In this document: piece after piece, positions 38,053 to 52,064 of the stretch
How positions within the stretch are numbered: the first letter of the stretch is position 1
Layout: every line of letters begins with the position of its first letter
Assembly (NCBI GenBank): GCA_951406725.2
Contig: OX597834.1
Span: forward strand, 20,832,001 to 20,896,000
From: Octopus vulgaris
Taxonomy: Eukaryota
Direction of reading: 5' to 3'
DNA length: 64,000 nt
Notes under the pieces: generated by a model
The model's database searches: none
Told to the model about the DNA's origin: nothing
The model's input: only the letters and a program-made list of their open reading frames with translations
Program-made: the position numbers and the translations under genes

Positions 38053-38199
38053 GTTACCGATTTTTTTTCCTCCGTCTTCCCTTCTCTGGATCTTTCCTTT
38101 TCCTGTGTTTCTGACGAAGAGCGTCCAATAATACTATATTTATTCCATGTCCTCGCGTTGTTGTGTTTTCTGTTTGTGTTTTCATGTTTGGATTAACTA
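38052..38199 (+). mobile_element. Family D2 element with hammerhead 3' half deleted
   Basis: Reverse complement of 27066-27225, lacking the segment between two GAGC words. Confidence 0.8.
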
Positions 38200-38230
38200 T
38201 GTATGTATATATGTATATATATGTATATAT

Positions 38231-38262
<32 letters not shown>

Positions 38263-38962
38263 GTAAGTGCATGTATGTAAATGTAGGCATCACTGTGGGG
38301 ATGTGAAATTTGTTTCCAATCCCCATGGTTTCTGGTTCACTTCCACAGTGTAGCACCTTGTGCATAAGTCTTCTGATATGCAGACCCTAGGGGAACTTGG
38401 TAGATGAAAACTGAAAGGATCCTATCATATACATATACATAGGAGGGAGAGAAAGATGAGAGAAAGAGGGATGAGAGTGAGAGAGATGAGAGAGATAAAC
38501 AGGTTGAACATAAAACAGTTGGAATATTTGGGTTAGTTTAAATGCTAAAGAGTTAATAAGACAAATAAGACAAAACCTTAATAAAGCGACTGTTCTTGAA
38601 ATCAAATTTCCTTGACTATAATTCGACCAATGCTTGGGGTGACTCAGAATCTGATGTTAGCACGAGAAATAGTCCTTCGTGTGAAAAAAATTATCTGAAC
38701 ATTTTCAAAGTGTGAATTTTCAAACGTGTTAATACAAATACAAGGATTTCATTGTCACTTGAACACTTTACGAGAGTGTTTAAAAAAAAATGAAACAAGA
38801 CCGTTTCAAAACTCTCAGAATATATTTATTCACTGTGACAAGACAAAAAATCTCTGACACTGAGAAAAATGACACATTCTAGGCTTCTTTCAAACAGACA
38901 GCATTATTTATACATTATCTTCATCATCATCATTTCAACATCCACTCTTCCATATTCAGGAC

Positions 38963-39160
38963 GCTGTGATAGATCGTTAGCTCCTACACGCATTTTTTTC
39001 TCTCCTTGCTTCTCTCCTTGTTTTTTTCTGTGTATCTTTCTGTCGAAGAGCGTAGGCTCGAAACGTAAAAGACTTGTTCTATTTCTATTCCTGAGCGCCA
39101 TACTAATACTGTTTGTACTCCACCTGCCTTCGTCTTTTGTTTATTTTCGTAAACCTTCCC
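38963..39160 (+). mobile_element. Family D element, best preserved copy
   Basis: Matches 483-680 and 53364-53559; CpGs intact; followed by (TA)n. Confidence 0.85.
39035..39072 (+). ncRNA. Minimal type I hammerhead motif with variant core CUGUCGA
   Basis: UCUUU CUGUCGA A GAGC guag GCUC GAAAC GUA AAAGA; perfect stems I and II. Confidence 0.75.
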
Positions 39161-39417
39161 GTTATATATATATATAAATGCGTTAAACTCCATTTATTTA
39201 TTTATATATTATACAAAAAATTCCACGTAAACACGAAGTTTCTACCTTTAAAAACAAGGAGTTACAAGCTCTTTACTTGTGTGATTTTTTGCTACCTTGG
39301 TAACTATTTATTTTTTCTGTGTTAATTGTTAGCAAGGCAAAAATACACTCCTATATTATATATATATATATGTATATATATCTATATATATATATTACAT
39401 ATTTACATATTTAATAC

Positions 39418-39451
<34 letters not shown>

Positions 39452-39630
39452 CTTGACTGGTGTTTTATTTGATCAACCTTGAAGATATGAAAGACAAAGC
39501 TGACTTCACAGAATTTGAACTCAGGACATAATGACCGATGAAATGCCACTAAGCATTTTCCCCAGCGTGCTAACAATTCTGCCAGTTCACTGCCAAAATA
39601 ACAATGATAATAATAATAATAGGAGGAGGA

Positions 39631-39965
39631 GACCCCTTGTGGTCATGAATGACCATGGGATTGAACCTAGAAAGTTACCCTCTGAGGCACAAGTCAGGAC
39701 AAGATTGTTTATGGAAGATCAGCAGTCGCCCATGCATAACAGCCTCCCTTCTCAACACCACTGATGTTATCCAAGGGAAAGGCAAAGAGACCGATACAGC
39801 TTGGCACCAGCGATGTCGCAACTCATTTCTACAGCTGAGTGAACTGGAGCAACGTGAAATAAAGTGTCTTGCTCAAGAACACAACACACAGCCCGGTCCA
39901 GGAATTGAACTCACAACCTCACAATCGTAAGCTCTATGCTTTAACCACTGAGCCATGCACCTTCA
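39631..39965 (-). mobile_element. Full-length tRNA-derived SINE family G
   Basis: Reverse complement of 56982-57324. Confidence 0.85.
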
Positions 39966-40004
39966 ATAATAATGATAATGATAATAATAAAAATAATAAT
40001 CTTG

Positions 40005-40202
40005 AATACACAAGGTCTAAAATTTAGTGGGAGGGGACTAGTCGATTAAATAGACCCCAGTGTTTCACTGGTGCTTAATTTATCAACCGTAAAAAGGTGA
40101 AAGGTAAAGTCAACCTCAGTTGAATTTGAACTCAGAACCTAGTGACAGGCAAAATACTGCTAAGCATTTCGTCCAACATGCAGACAATTCTGCCAGCTTA
40201 CC

Positions 40203-40236
<34 letters not shown>

Positions 40237-40455
40237 CCTTTCTATTATAGGCACAAAGCCTGAAATTTGTGGGAGGCAGGGATAATCAATTACATTGACC
40301 CAAGTACTCAACTGGTACTTAGTTTATCAACATTAAGAGGCTGAAAGGTAAAGTCAACGTGAGCAGAATTTGACCTCAGAACATAACGGCAGATGAAATA
40401 CCTTCAAGCATTTCATCCAGTGTATTACCAATTCTACCAGCTCACCACCTTACCA
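40005..40455 (-). mobile_element. Two tandem SINE B copies separated by (AAT)n; a third lies at 39450-39595
   Basis: aaaggtaaagtcaac...gaatttga-ctcagaac...aagcatttc...aattct-ccagct occurs twice. Confidence 0.85.
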
Positions 40456-41025
40456 ATAATAATAAAAATAATAATAATTGTTGGTCTGCACAGCTTATTT
40501 AAGTCTGACAGAGTGCAGGCTCAATCTACCTTTCAGGAATCGTCCTAGATGAATTCTATCTCCAATTAGCTCTCCTCCCTAGATTCCTGTATTCCATTCC
40601 ATGTAATGTATAGATTATCCAGCATCACTAAAATTACCCTCTTATATATTTCAGTACATTTTTCTACGTGAAATCACTGGATGTAATATTTTTGAATAAC
40701 CATTTACAATATATTTATGTATTTTTGTTTTGTTTTTGTTTGTTTTTTTTAACTTTATTGATTATTACATTTTTTTTGTGTTTATTTTATTTTATTTATT
40801 TTTTTCTCTTGTTCCCCCCCCCATCAATAGAAAAGTATAAAGAACATATGCAGCCATGCTCTGCAAAGCAGTAAATCAAATTTTCTTGCTCTTATTTAAA
40901 AATAAAAGACAATTTATGTTGCATTAACCGGCAATGAAATCGCCAGATATATAGCTGCCAATAAAGAATACAACAGCATGATGTGTGTGTGTGTGTGTGT
41001 GTGTGTGTGTCTCGTCTCCCTCCTT

Positions 41026-41062
<37 letters not shown>

Positions 41063-41225
41063 CCTTCCTCTCTCTTTTGTTAAAATGTATTTATTGCATT
41101 CCTTTAGTTTTGTTCAGGGTTTTTTTCTCCTTCTTTGCCATATTGTTTATTTATTTCCATACTGGATTTATACATACACACACACACATATACATATGTG
41201 TGTGTATGCATGTATATATATATAT

Positions 41226-41259
<34 letters not shown>

Positions 41260-41361
41260 TTACACACATGTGCATGTGTGGCCACAGCTCTAAACTGAAA
41301 CTACAAAAAAAAAAGATATATTTACATGCATACATATATATATATTTACATGTATATATAC

Positions 41362-41402
<41 letters not shown>

Positions 41403-41799
41403 TATAAATACATACATGTGCATATTTTGGTATATATATATATGTACACACACACACATGCATTTGTACACGCATATAAGTATACGTATAATTGTGTATG
41501 TATGTGTGTGTGTGAGTGTGTATGTGTGTGTGTATGTATACATATGAATAACTACATGCTCATAAACAAAACATGTTTTTCCCCAAACATACACAGAACC
41601 TCACACTGTGCATACTCTAACAGACTTGCAAATGCATATGCTCACACACACACTCACACACATACATAATGATACCTAAACATTTCTGTACCCTTATTTG
41701 AGCATATGCAACATACTAATGTATGTATACAGACCTCCTCCGAATTATTACACACATGTATCACCCTTAAACACACACACAATCATTTTTACACACATA

Positions 41800-42345
41800 A
41801 AGGTATATACATATGCAGAGATACATAAATGCATACATACATGCACAAACGCATACATACATAAATAAATGCACGAATGCATATATACACACACATACAT
41901 GCATAGATGCATACAGGCATACATAAATGCATACATACATACAAACATACATACATGTACAAATGCATACATACTTACATAAATGCATACATATATACAT
42001 ACATACATAAATACATACATTCATACATATATGCATGCATGCATACATACATACATACATACACACACATACATACATACATACATACATACATACACAC
42101 ACACATACATACATACATACGTACATACATACAAATCTGCACATATACCTGCTTACATACATACATGCATGCATACATACACACATATATACATAAATAC
42201 ATACATACATACATATATACATGCATACACACACACCTACTTAAATACATACGTTATACATATGTGCATGCATACATACATACATACATACAAATCTGCA
42301 TATATACCTGCATACATACATACACACATAAACACATACATGCAT
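41800..42345. repeat. (TACA)n degenerate tract
   Basis: Direct inspection. Confidence 0.9.
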
Positions 42346-42784
42346 TTGTGGTGCTACACATATCCAGACTCATTGCACAATCATGAAATATGGATGGAAT
42401 CTGACAATATTATCGGTAATATGTTTGCATTAATATCTGAACTCTGCTACATCTTCATATTCTACAACTGGCTTATGGTGGAATCGGTCTCCAAAGAGAT
42501 TTGTTAACAAAGAATAAAGCAAGCTCTTTCTCTTGGGGGGCAGCATCTTTTGGGGGAGATGCATATCGAAGGAAATAAAATAAAATACATCTACGAAAAT
42601 AACAGCCTGCTAAGTTTGGAAAGATAAAAGAATTTCTGTAATCTTCAGTCACTCTTCCATAAGTTTGGTGAATTGGTAAGAGCTGTTATGGTATGCAAAG
42701 ATAATTCCAGGAAGAATTTAGAGATAGGGTTGTCTTCATCTTCTTCCATTTCAGCATCGGTGATAATATCAGACAAATGAGTGT

Positions 42785-42916
42785 TATCATACATCTATAT
42801 TATCACTATTATTATTGTTGTTGATGTTTTTCTTGCTATTTTTATTATCATCATCATCATTATCACTATTATCATTATCACCATCATTATAATTATTATT
42901 ATTATTATTATTATTA

Positions 42917-42953
<37 letters not shown>

Positions 42954-43051
42954 CACCATCATCATCATTATTGTTATTATCATTATTATTATTATTATCT
43001 TCATCATCATCATCATCATTTATTTTATCATCATCATTATCACTATTATCA

Positions 43052-43106
<55 letters not shown>

Positions 43107-43147
43107 CATTATTATTATCATCATCATCATCATCATCATTACTATTA

Positions 43148-43181
<34 letters not shown>

Positions 43182-43222
43182 CATTATTATTATCACCACC
43201 ATCATCATCATCATCATCATCA

Positions 43223-43259
<37 letters not shown>

Positions 43260-43265
43260 TTATTA
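42785..43265. repeat. (ATT)n/(ATC)n trinucleotide tract
   Basis: Direct inspection. Confidence 0.95.
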
Positions 43266-43492
43266 TCTGGTAATTTAACATCATATGCCAGCCTGTTGCT
43301 GGAATATTACTCAACTGTTTTCAATAGGGCATCAGCTATAATATCAGATAAACAAGTGTCATCATGCCTCTGTATTGCAGCTGGTGATGTTGTTGTTGTT
43401 GTTATTGTTGTTACAACCATTATTATTATTGTCTCCATTATTATTATATCATTATCATTATCATCGTTATTATATAGCATGAATTATTATTG

Positions 43493-43541
<49 letters not shown>

Positions 43542-43579
43542 CATTAAATGTCATCATCATCATCATCATTATTATAATT

Positions 43580-43868
43580 AAGGTGGTGAGCTGACAGAAT
43601 CGTTAGCATGCTGGATGAATTGCTTAGCAGTATTTCACCTGTTAATACATTCTCAGTTCAAATTCCGCCGAGGTTGACTTTGCCTTTCATCCTTCTGGTG
43701 CCGATAAAGTAAGTACCAGTTGAGTACTGGGGTCGATGTAATACCGAAAAATTAGAGATAGCAGTCAATACCTTAATTGGTTATATTTACATACTGAATT
43801 CTGCCAGTAAATAATTGTTGGTTTTTTAAAAACCATTATAGAAATTATTTAAATTATTTACTCTTATG

Positions 43869-43901
<33 letters not shown>

Positions 43902-44350
43902 GATACATACACAAACACTCACACAGATACATACATATATATATATATATATACAAGTACATGCACACACATACATATATATATAACAGGCTTCCACTCA
44001 GTTTCCGTCTAACAAATTGAGTTACACACTCAGGAAGCTTTGGTTAGCTTGGTGCGAGAGTAGAAGACATTTGCCCCAAAATTTCAAGCCTTGTACCTTT
44101 AATAGAAAGGATTATTTTTATTATGATGATGATGATGGTAGTGAGCCGGCAGAATTGTTAGCATGCCAGGTAAAACGTTTAATGGCATTTTTCATGGTTC
44201 TTTACATTCTGGGTTCAAATTCTGTTGAATTTGCCCTTCATCCTTTTGAGGTCAATAAAATACATACCAGTCAAGCAATGATGTTGATGTAATCAACTAC
44301 CCACTGCCCTAAAATTTCGGGCCTTGTGCCTATGGTAGGCAGTATCATTA
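43580..44350 (+). mobile_element. SINE B (43580-43742 plus tail 44077-44115) split by an insertion, then a second B copy (44137-44350)
   Basis: aaggtggtgagctgacagaatcgttagc...ggggtcgatgtaat | caaaatttcaagccttgt...agaaaggattatt. Confidence 0.75.
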
Positions 44351-44360
44351 TTATTATTAT

Positions 44361-45137
44361 TCCTTCGTAACACAGTGTAGGTAAAAATGCACCAGTCTTT
44401 AGTTGTCTGTCATGTCACAACAAGGACCTCAGACAGATAATACTTTCCTTAAGATGTGCGCTGTGCCCAATAAGGCTGCTTTCTGCATTGGATTTCCAGT
44501 TACCTTTAAGAAGTCTTGAAGTTTCAATGGGATTGAACCCAATGCTCCGATCACCAATGGTATCACTTTTGCATTACCCTCTTGCATTTCATACAGTCTT
44601 ACCATTTCCACTTTCAATTTGGAGTCCTTGGTGATTTTTTCAACTTCTTTACTCACAATATTTATGTCATTTGGTATGGCTACATCAATGATCTGACAGT
44701 ATTTGTCTGTCTGGCGAGCTGGCAGAGTCGTTAGCACGCTGGACGAAATGCTTAGCGGTATTTCATCTGCAGTTACGTTCTGAGTTCAAATTCTGCCGAG
44801 GTCGACTTTACCTTTCGTCCTTTCGGGGTCGATTAAATAAGTACCAGTTATGCACTGGGGTCGATATAATTGACTTAATCCGTTTGTCTGTCCTTATTTG
44901 TCCTCTCCGTGTTTAGCCCCTTGTGTGTAGTAAAGAAATAAGTATTCGTCTCTCTTATTCAATATGGCAATAATATCTGGCTGATGGTATTTGATTACAT
45001 TATCCATCTGAAAATCATAGTCTCAGAATATCGTTACTTTTCCATCTTCTTGCATAACTTTACTTGGTACATGTTCATACCAGTTCTCTGTTACTTCATA
45101 TTGGTATTTACGGCATAAGAGCAAATGAAGATACGCA
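44361..45137 (-). pseudogene. R4/Dong-like LINE RLE domain and 3' UTR, interrupted by a SINE
   Basis: YLHLLLCRKYQYEVTENWYEHVPSKVMQEDGKVTIF*DYDFQMDNVIKYHQPDII...[SINE]...CQIIDVAIPND...KEVEKITK...VIPLVIGALG...MQKAALLGTAHILRKVLSV*. Confidence 0.9.
44713..44940 (+). mobile_element. Young full-length SINE B with 15-bp TSD
   Basis: agtatttgtctgtct (44698-44712) and agtattcgtctctct (44941-44955). Confidence 0.92.
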
Positions 45138-45730
45138 CTATGTATGTATGTATATGTACACACACACACACACACACAGACATGCTAATGCATACATACC
45201 CACTCGTCTGCTATCTTGAAATGTTCCATTGATTTCATTGGTGATTGTCTTCACTTCTGTTTGTGGATTTTGGTGACTGTACATTTCAAACACACACACA
45301 CACATACACACACAAACACATGCACACATGCATACTCACGTACACCCACACAAACACAAATACACACGCACACACACACACACACAGACGTATTGATGCA
45401 TCTGCAATTTTATAACCATCGTTCTTCCTGTCATGTGGGTGGAATCAGTTTACAAATTTTGATATTTGAGGAAAGACAGATACTCTCATATAAACATGGA
45501 TTCCCTCTCAATCAGCAAGGATGTGACTCAGAGCTGTGGTGCTCTACTGCGACACACTGATGTAACACAGTAATGTGACACAATGTCAAGTGTCTATGTT
45601 ATGTCAATGGATGGGTCATGGCTGGAAATGCATGCAGCAAAATATATTTTCACTGTGTGTGTGTATGTGTATATCTCTATATCCTTTTTGCATTGAATAG
45701 TTCTGCTGTTGTTGTTCTCTGCTAGTCTAC

Positions 45731-45951
45731 ATCTTTTACTTGTTTCAGTCATTTGACTGTGGCAATGCTGGGGCAACATCTTGAAGAGTTTAGCTGAACA
45801 AATCACCTCCGGCACTTAGCTGAAGCCTGGTACTTATTCTGTTAGTCTCTTTTGCTGAACTGCTAAGTTATGGGGATGTAAACGAACCAGGGCTAATTAT
45901 CGAGTGTGGGAGAGACAAACACGTATACAAAGATTTACACACACACACACT

Positions 45952-45985
<34 letters not shown>

Positions 45986-46022
45986 CACACACACAGATAC
46001 ATATATACACAGACACACACAG

Positions 46023-46073
<51 letters not shown>

Positions 46074-46282
46074 AATACATGCACACACATACACATACAT
46101 ACATATATATATAACAGGCTTCCACTCAGTTTCCATCTAACAAGTTGAGTTACACACTCAGGAAGCTTTGGTCAGCTTGGTGCGAGAGTAGAAGACATTT
46201 GCCCAAGGTGCCGTGCAGTGAGACTGAACCCAAATCCACAAGGTTGAAAAATCAAGCTTCTTACCACACAGCCATGCCTGCA
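45731..46282 (-). mobile_element. SINE A, full length, diverged
   Basis: Tail at 45731, head ttaccacacagccatgcctgcacc ending at about 46282. Confidence 0.85.
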
Positions 46283-46469
46283 CCATACCTGCTTAGTTGA
46301 GAAAAACCATGACTGAAGACAATCCAACTACGACCATCTGGTTTAATTTTTTTTCTCAGTTATAAGTTAGAGAAAATTATTTCAGTGACTCCTTTCATTC
46401 TCCTTCCTTGGTGGAGTATGGTTTGAGGGAGATTTGACTGCTGTTTTTAGCAAATGAATTCATATGTAA

Positions 46470-46938
46470 GCATGTGTTTGCAAGCATGTCTATGTGCATG
46501 TGTACTGACATACAGTTCTGTATATGAATGTGCATGCAGGTGTGTGTGTGTGTGCATATACATGCATGTATGTGTATGTGTGTACATGCGTATATGTTCA
46601 TGTCTGTACATGCATATATCTGCATATATGTGTGTGTAGATGCATGTATGTACATGCACAGGTGTATGTGTATGGGAATATGTGTATGTGCATATATGCT
46701 CACAGATGTATGTGCATACATGTATGTGTGTATTATGTAGATATATGTGTACATGTGTGTGTGCACATATGACTATATGTGTACGTCCATATATGCGTAT
46801 GCGTATATATGTGCATATATGTGTTTATGAGTATTTGTACATGGGTACATATGTATGCATTTGTAGGTATAGATACACATGCCCATAGATGTATATATGT
46901 ACATAGATGTGTGTTTGTGTATGTGTGGTTACACATAC

Positions 46939-46981
<43 letters not shown>

Positions 46982-46990
46982 TATATATAC
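46470..46990. repeat. (TG)/(TATG) degenerate tract
   Basis: Direct inspection. Confidence 0.9.
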
Positions 46991-48285
46991 TTCAAATTTT
47001 GCTGTTAAGTCATGTTGGCTTCAATTGTTCAATAAATAATATCGGTTGATCACTGAAAGCATTTTCTGGACAGAACAATGAAGCTACGTAAAATACAGAT
47101 AAATGATCAATAAGAAATTTTATTGTTCTCCCCAACCGCCATTCCTTATAAGCATCCTGCCATCTCTCTCTCTCTCTCTCTCTACTCCCTCTCTCCATCT
47201 TTCTCTTTCACAACCACCCTCTCCTCCCTCCATTTTCATCCCCTCTACCCTGGACCTTCCCACCCTGTCTTTACTTTGTCTAATCTTGAAGCTTTGTCTT
47301 TGACGTCCTCCCACTCGTGCACCTCCACATACATACACACATACGTGCGTACCTCCACCCTCGCCCGCCCCCCCACCCTAATAACCGCAACAAAAATCTT
47401 TAATGGGAGGAAATTTACGGACAATAATTAGCAATTATTCCATTCTAACCTTTCATCTTCATCTCGTAGTTGTCGTATGTATCGTCTTCTCATCTCTTTA
47501 AACAAACGCATCTTTTGAATTATTCTTCTTCGCATTCAATAATTTTTTCATTGATCTTCATTCATTCATTGTATTTCGATTGACAAAAAAAAAAAAAAAA
47601 AAAAGCAATCATGATGATGATGATGATGATGATGACAACTGCCAACAGTTTGTCTCGTCCAACAGCATCTCTCTCTTTCTTACACATTCTATCACTCTCT
47701 CCTTCTCTCTCTCCCTCTCTTTCTCCTGTGTTCTGTCACTCCTTCCTTCATTCTCTCACATCATTCAAACATATGAAATGCTCTTTTTGCTCGTTCCGCA
47801 CCTTCTTTAAGAGAAACGAGAATGAAAGAATACAAAAATCTATTATTATTACATTCTGATTTGTTTGGAATATTTCGTGATTGCCATAAATTTCAAATTT
47901 TCTTTTTTTGTTAAATTTTTTAAAATATTAATTCGTTGGATATATGTTATTTTTCACTATATATACATACATACATGTCTGCATGTGTGTGTGTATATAC
48001 ATATATATATATATACATAAATATATATATGTAACATGTATGTATATATACACATATATATATGTATATAAATATAACTTATATATATATATATATATAT
48101 ACATACATACATGCATATATTTTCAATACACTCATTCATACTTCCATATATAAAATATACACATATGTAATTACATATATACATACATTCATACACACAC
48201 ACACATATGTATATATATATATATATATACATACATACATACATATACATGCATACTTACATATATATATATTTACATGCATGCA

Positions 48286-48321
<36 letters not shown>

Positions 48322-48615
48322 TATATATACACACACACACCGACATATGTCCTCTTTTGTTTGCATTTAATGCGTTACACAAAAAGTACACACTTGATTT
48401 GCTCTGAAATATTTTTCAAGGTGACGAATGTACTTTTATTTCTTTTCTCTTAATTTTTTTTTTGTTACGATTATTAGTATTAGAAAAGACTATTATTATT
48501 ATTATTATTATTATCTTCATCATCGTCAACATCATCATCATCATTTCTTTACTTACTACTACATACATTAATCGCTGTTTTTTTCATTTACCGTTTGTTC
48601 TTCTCCAGATTAAAC

Positions 48616-48664
<49 letters not shown>

Positions 48665-49974
48665 GTAATCTCAAGTGCATTTCATACATCCTATCCTTAT
48701 TATTTATTTAAAGAGAATTTGCTTACAATAATTTCCCGAAACCATAAAACAAAAAAAAAAAGCAAAATTTGAAAAAGAAAAAAATGAGAAAATGAAAAAG
48801 AAAAAAACTCTATTAAATTTCTGTAACAACTTTTGATCTAATGGAATTTCACTCTCTCTCTCTCTCTCTCTTTCTCTTTCCTTATTCGTCTTTCTTTCTC
48901 TCCTCATACACTCTCTTCCAATTTTCTCATTCTCTAAAACTATTACATTCTTCGTGGTGAACCACTTGTATGACAAATAAGTCGCACATAGATACATCCT
49001 CAGACGTAAGCAGGATAGAGACGCATCCATAGAAAATGGCTTTGGAATTGCCTGAAGTGATGTTAAACTATGGAAGACCGTTTTTATTGCATTCAAAGTG
49101 TTTAAGTGTTTCATGTTTTTTGCTGTTTCTTCTATCCAATCATTGAATTGTGGCCATGCTGGGGCACCGCTTTGAAGAATTTTAGTCAAACAAATTTACC
49201 TCAGTGTTTATATTTCTTCTCTTTTTTCAAGTCTGGTAAAGTGGAAATTTTACCAGTGAGTGTGTTAAATAATAAGGCACTAAAAGAGAATGACTCTCCC
49301 CAGACACAACAGAATATGCTTCAACACACGAACTCATATAAAGAATCTTGCAAATCAAATCCAAAAACGAAATAGTTATTCAATTGTTTTTTTTTATGTT
49401 GTTTGTTTTTCTTGAACCGCTAAGTTTCAGAACAAACATACCAACACTAGTTGTCAAGTGGTGGTGATGGGACAAACACAGACACAAACATACATACACA
49501 CACACACACACATGCGTGTGTACACATACACACACAAGCACAACTCATTTTTGCCAGCTTACTAAACTGGAGTAATGTGAAATAAAGAGTCTTGCTCAAG
49601 GATACAGTGCACATACATACATACATACATACATACATACATACATACATACATACATACATACATACATACATGCACAAATGCATACGTACATACTTAA
49701 ATGCATACATACATATATACATACATACATACATAAATACATACATTCACACATATATGCATGCATACATACATACATGCATGCATACATACACACATAC
49801 ATACATAAATACCTATATTCATACATATATGCATGCATACATATATACATGCAAATCAAACTCAAGACCTTATGATGATGAGCTGAGTACTCTAACTACT
49901 AAGCGATGCCCCCTTGGGAGTGATGGAAGGATCCATTGGAGGGGCATTAAAGAAAAGTGGGATGACAATATATA

Positions 49975-50205
49975 TGTGGTTGCATGTGGCTTAGTGGTTA
50001 GGGTGTTAGCATCATGATCGTAAGATTGTGGTTTCGATTCTTGAGCAAAACACTTTATTTCATGTTGCTCCAGTCCACTCAGCTGGCAAAAATGAGTAAC
50101 GCTTCGATGGACTGGCGTCCCATCCGGCTGGGGAAAACATACGTCATAGAAACTGGGAAACTGGGCCCATGAGCCTGGCTAGGCTTTAAAAGAGTGCATT
50201 TATTT
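49975..50205 (+). mobile_element. tRNA-derived SINE family F (CORE-like segment plus V-domain-like motif)
   Basis: tggcttagtggttag (box A), gtttcgattc (box B), cttgagcaaaacacttt, cgatggactggcgtcccatcc. Confidence 0.75.
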
Positions 50206-50310
50206 TATTATATATATATATATGCATGGCTGTGTGTGGCAAAAAGCTTGCTTCCCCATACACACATACACATACAGCAGGTTTTTTTCAGTTTCCATCT
50301 ACCAAATCCA

Positions 50311-50457
50311 CCCCGCTGGCTAAGCGAGCAGGCCAACAGAAGAAAGAGTGAGAGAAAGTTGCAGCGAAAGAGTACAGCAGGGATCGCCACCACCCCCTGC
50401 CCGTCATGATCCTATGACCGCTAGTCCGCTGCCCTAACCACTGGGCCATTGCACCTC

Positions 50458-50459
<2 letters not shown>
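50311..50459 (-). mobile_element. tRNA-headed SINE family E, internally deleted
   Basis: Minus strand begins tggaggtgcaatggcccagtggttagggcagcggactagcggtc; GC-rich tail. Confidence 0.65.
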
Positions 50460-50491
<32 letters not shown>

Positions 50492-50604
50492 AATACACTT
50501 AAACACATCAAAGGGAAATGGAAAATTAATTAAAATTTTCACCTCCAGTGGCCTAACGTGTAAAAATTTAGTCTCCAAAGACTATGAATTAGTCATAATA
50601 TATA

Positions 50605-50690
50605 TAACACATAAGGAATCCACTGTGGTTATGGAACCTAGCTGTTCTTTCTAACGTGTTGAATTCCAAGAGTGGATTCCTTATGTGTTA
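50605..50690. repeat. Perfect 20-bp inverted repeat with 46-bp spacer (mini-MITE-like)
   Basis: taacacataaggaatccact (50605-50624) and agtggattccttatgtgtta (50671-50690). Confidence 0.9.
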
Positions 50691-50697
50691 AAATGTA

Positions 50698-50731
<34 letters not shown>

Positions 50732-51399
50732 TCATATGTACAGACACACAAACATTTATACGACAGACTTCTTCCATTTCCCAGCTCCCAAGTCCACTCA
50801 CAAGGCTTTGGTCAGCCCGAGGCCATTGCAAAAAGCATTTTCCAAAGGTGTCATACAGTGGGACTGAACCCAGAACCATGTGGCTGGAAATCAAGCTGCT
50901 TACCACACAGACATGCCTGCGCCTATATATTCGAATTTTTAATGAATATTTTAAAAGAATTTCCCATTGTTTGGTTTGGAAACATTTTCCTCCTTCACAC
51001 TCTCATTCAGCAGCGAATGAGATGAATGAAACACTGTTTTGAAAGCAATAAATTCTTGTTTACATATGTTGTGGCTCTGCTTTCAAATTGCCAAGGTCCG
51101 GGTTATGAGAATTTAAAAGTGTGCAATAAACTATATATTTATCGTACGTATCTTTCTTTATGCGTGCGATATCTTTGTGCAATGCTCTACAACTAATAAT
51201 AATTTCAGCCTGAGAAATGATTGATGTAGGGATGTGCATATACACTCCTCTGTGGTTGTTGGATATAAATAAGTGTAGAAAAGACATTGATTATTTGAAA
51301 TTCTATCGTAAAGATTCATATATATATACATGTGAGTAACCGAATTAAATATACATTTATATATTAGATTTAAATAAGAAAATATGCATAATACACTCG

Positions 51400-51468
51400 T
51401 GCACATATACATATATACATTTATTAGATTGAAATATATATATGTAACATATGTATATATATATTTAT

Positions 51469-51504
<36 letters not shown>

Positions 51505-51659
51505 GTATATACGCATATATATATGTATATATATATATAAATATACGCATATATATATGTATATATACATATACATGTATATATATATATATATATATGT
51601 ATGTGTATATATATATATACATGCATATATATATGTATATATATATGTATGTATGTATG

Positions 51660-51694
<35 letters not shown>

Positions 51695-51823
51695 GTATAT
51701 ATATATATATATATATATGTATTATATATATATGTATATATATATATATATATTATATATATATGTATATATATATATATGTATATATGTATATATATAT
51801 ATGTATATGTATATATGTATATA

Positions 51824-51880
<57 letters not shown>

Positions 51881-51887
51881 GTATATA

Positions 51888-51971
<84 letters not shown>

Positions 51972-51977
51972 TATATA

Positions 51978-52064
<87 letters not shown>

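Noticed and set aside
42787-43314. Poly-Asn/Asp, poly-Ile and poly-Met ORFs, also at 61645-62119
   Set aside because: Trinucleotide microsatellites
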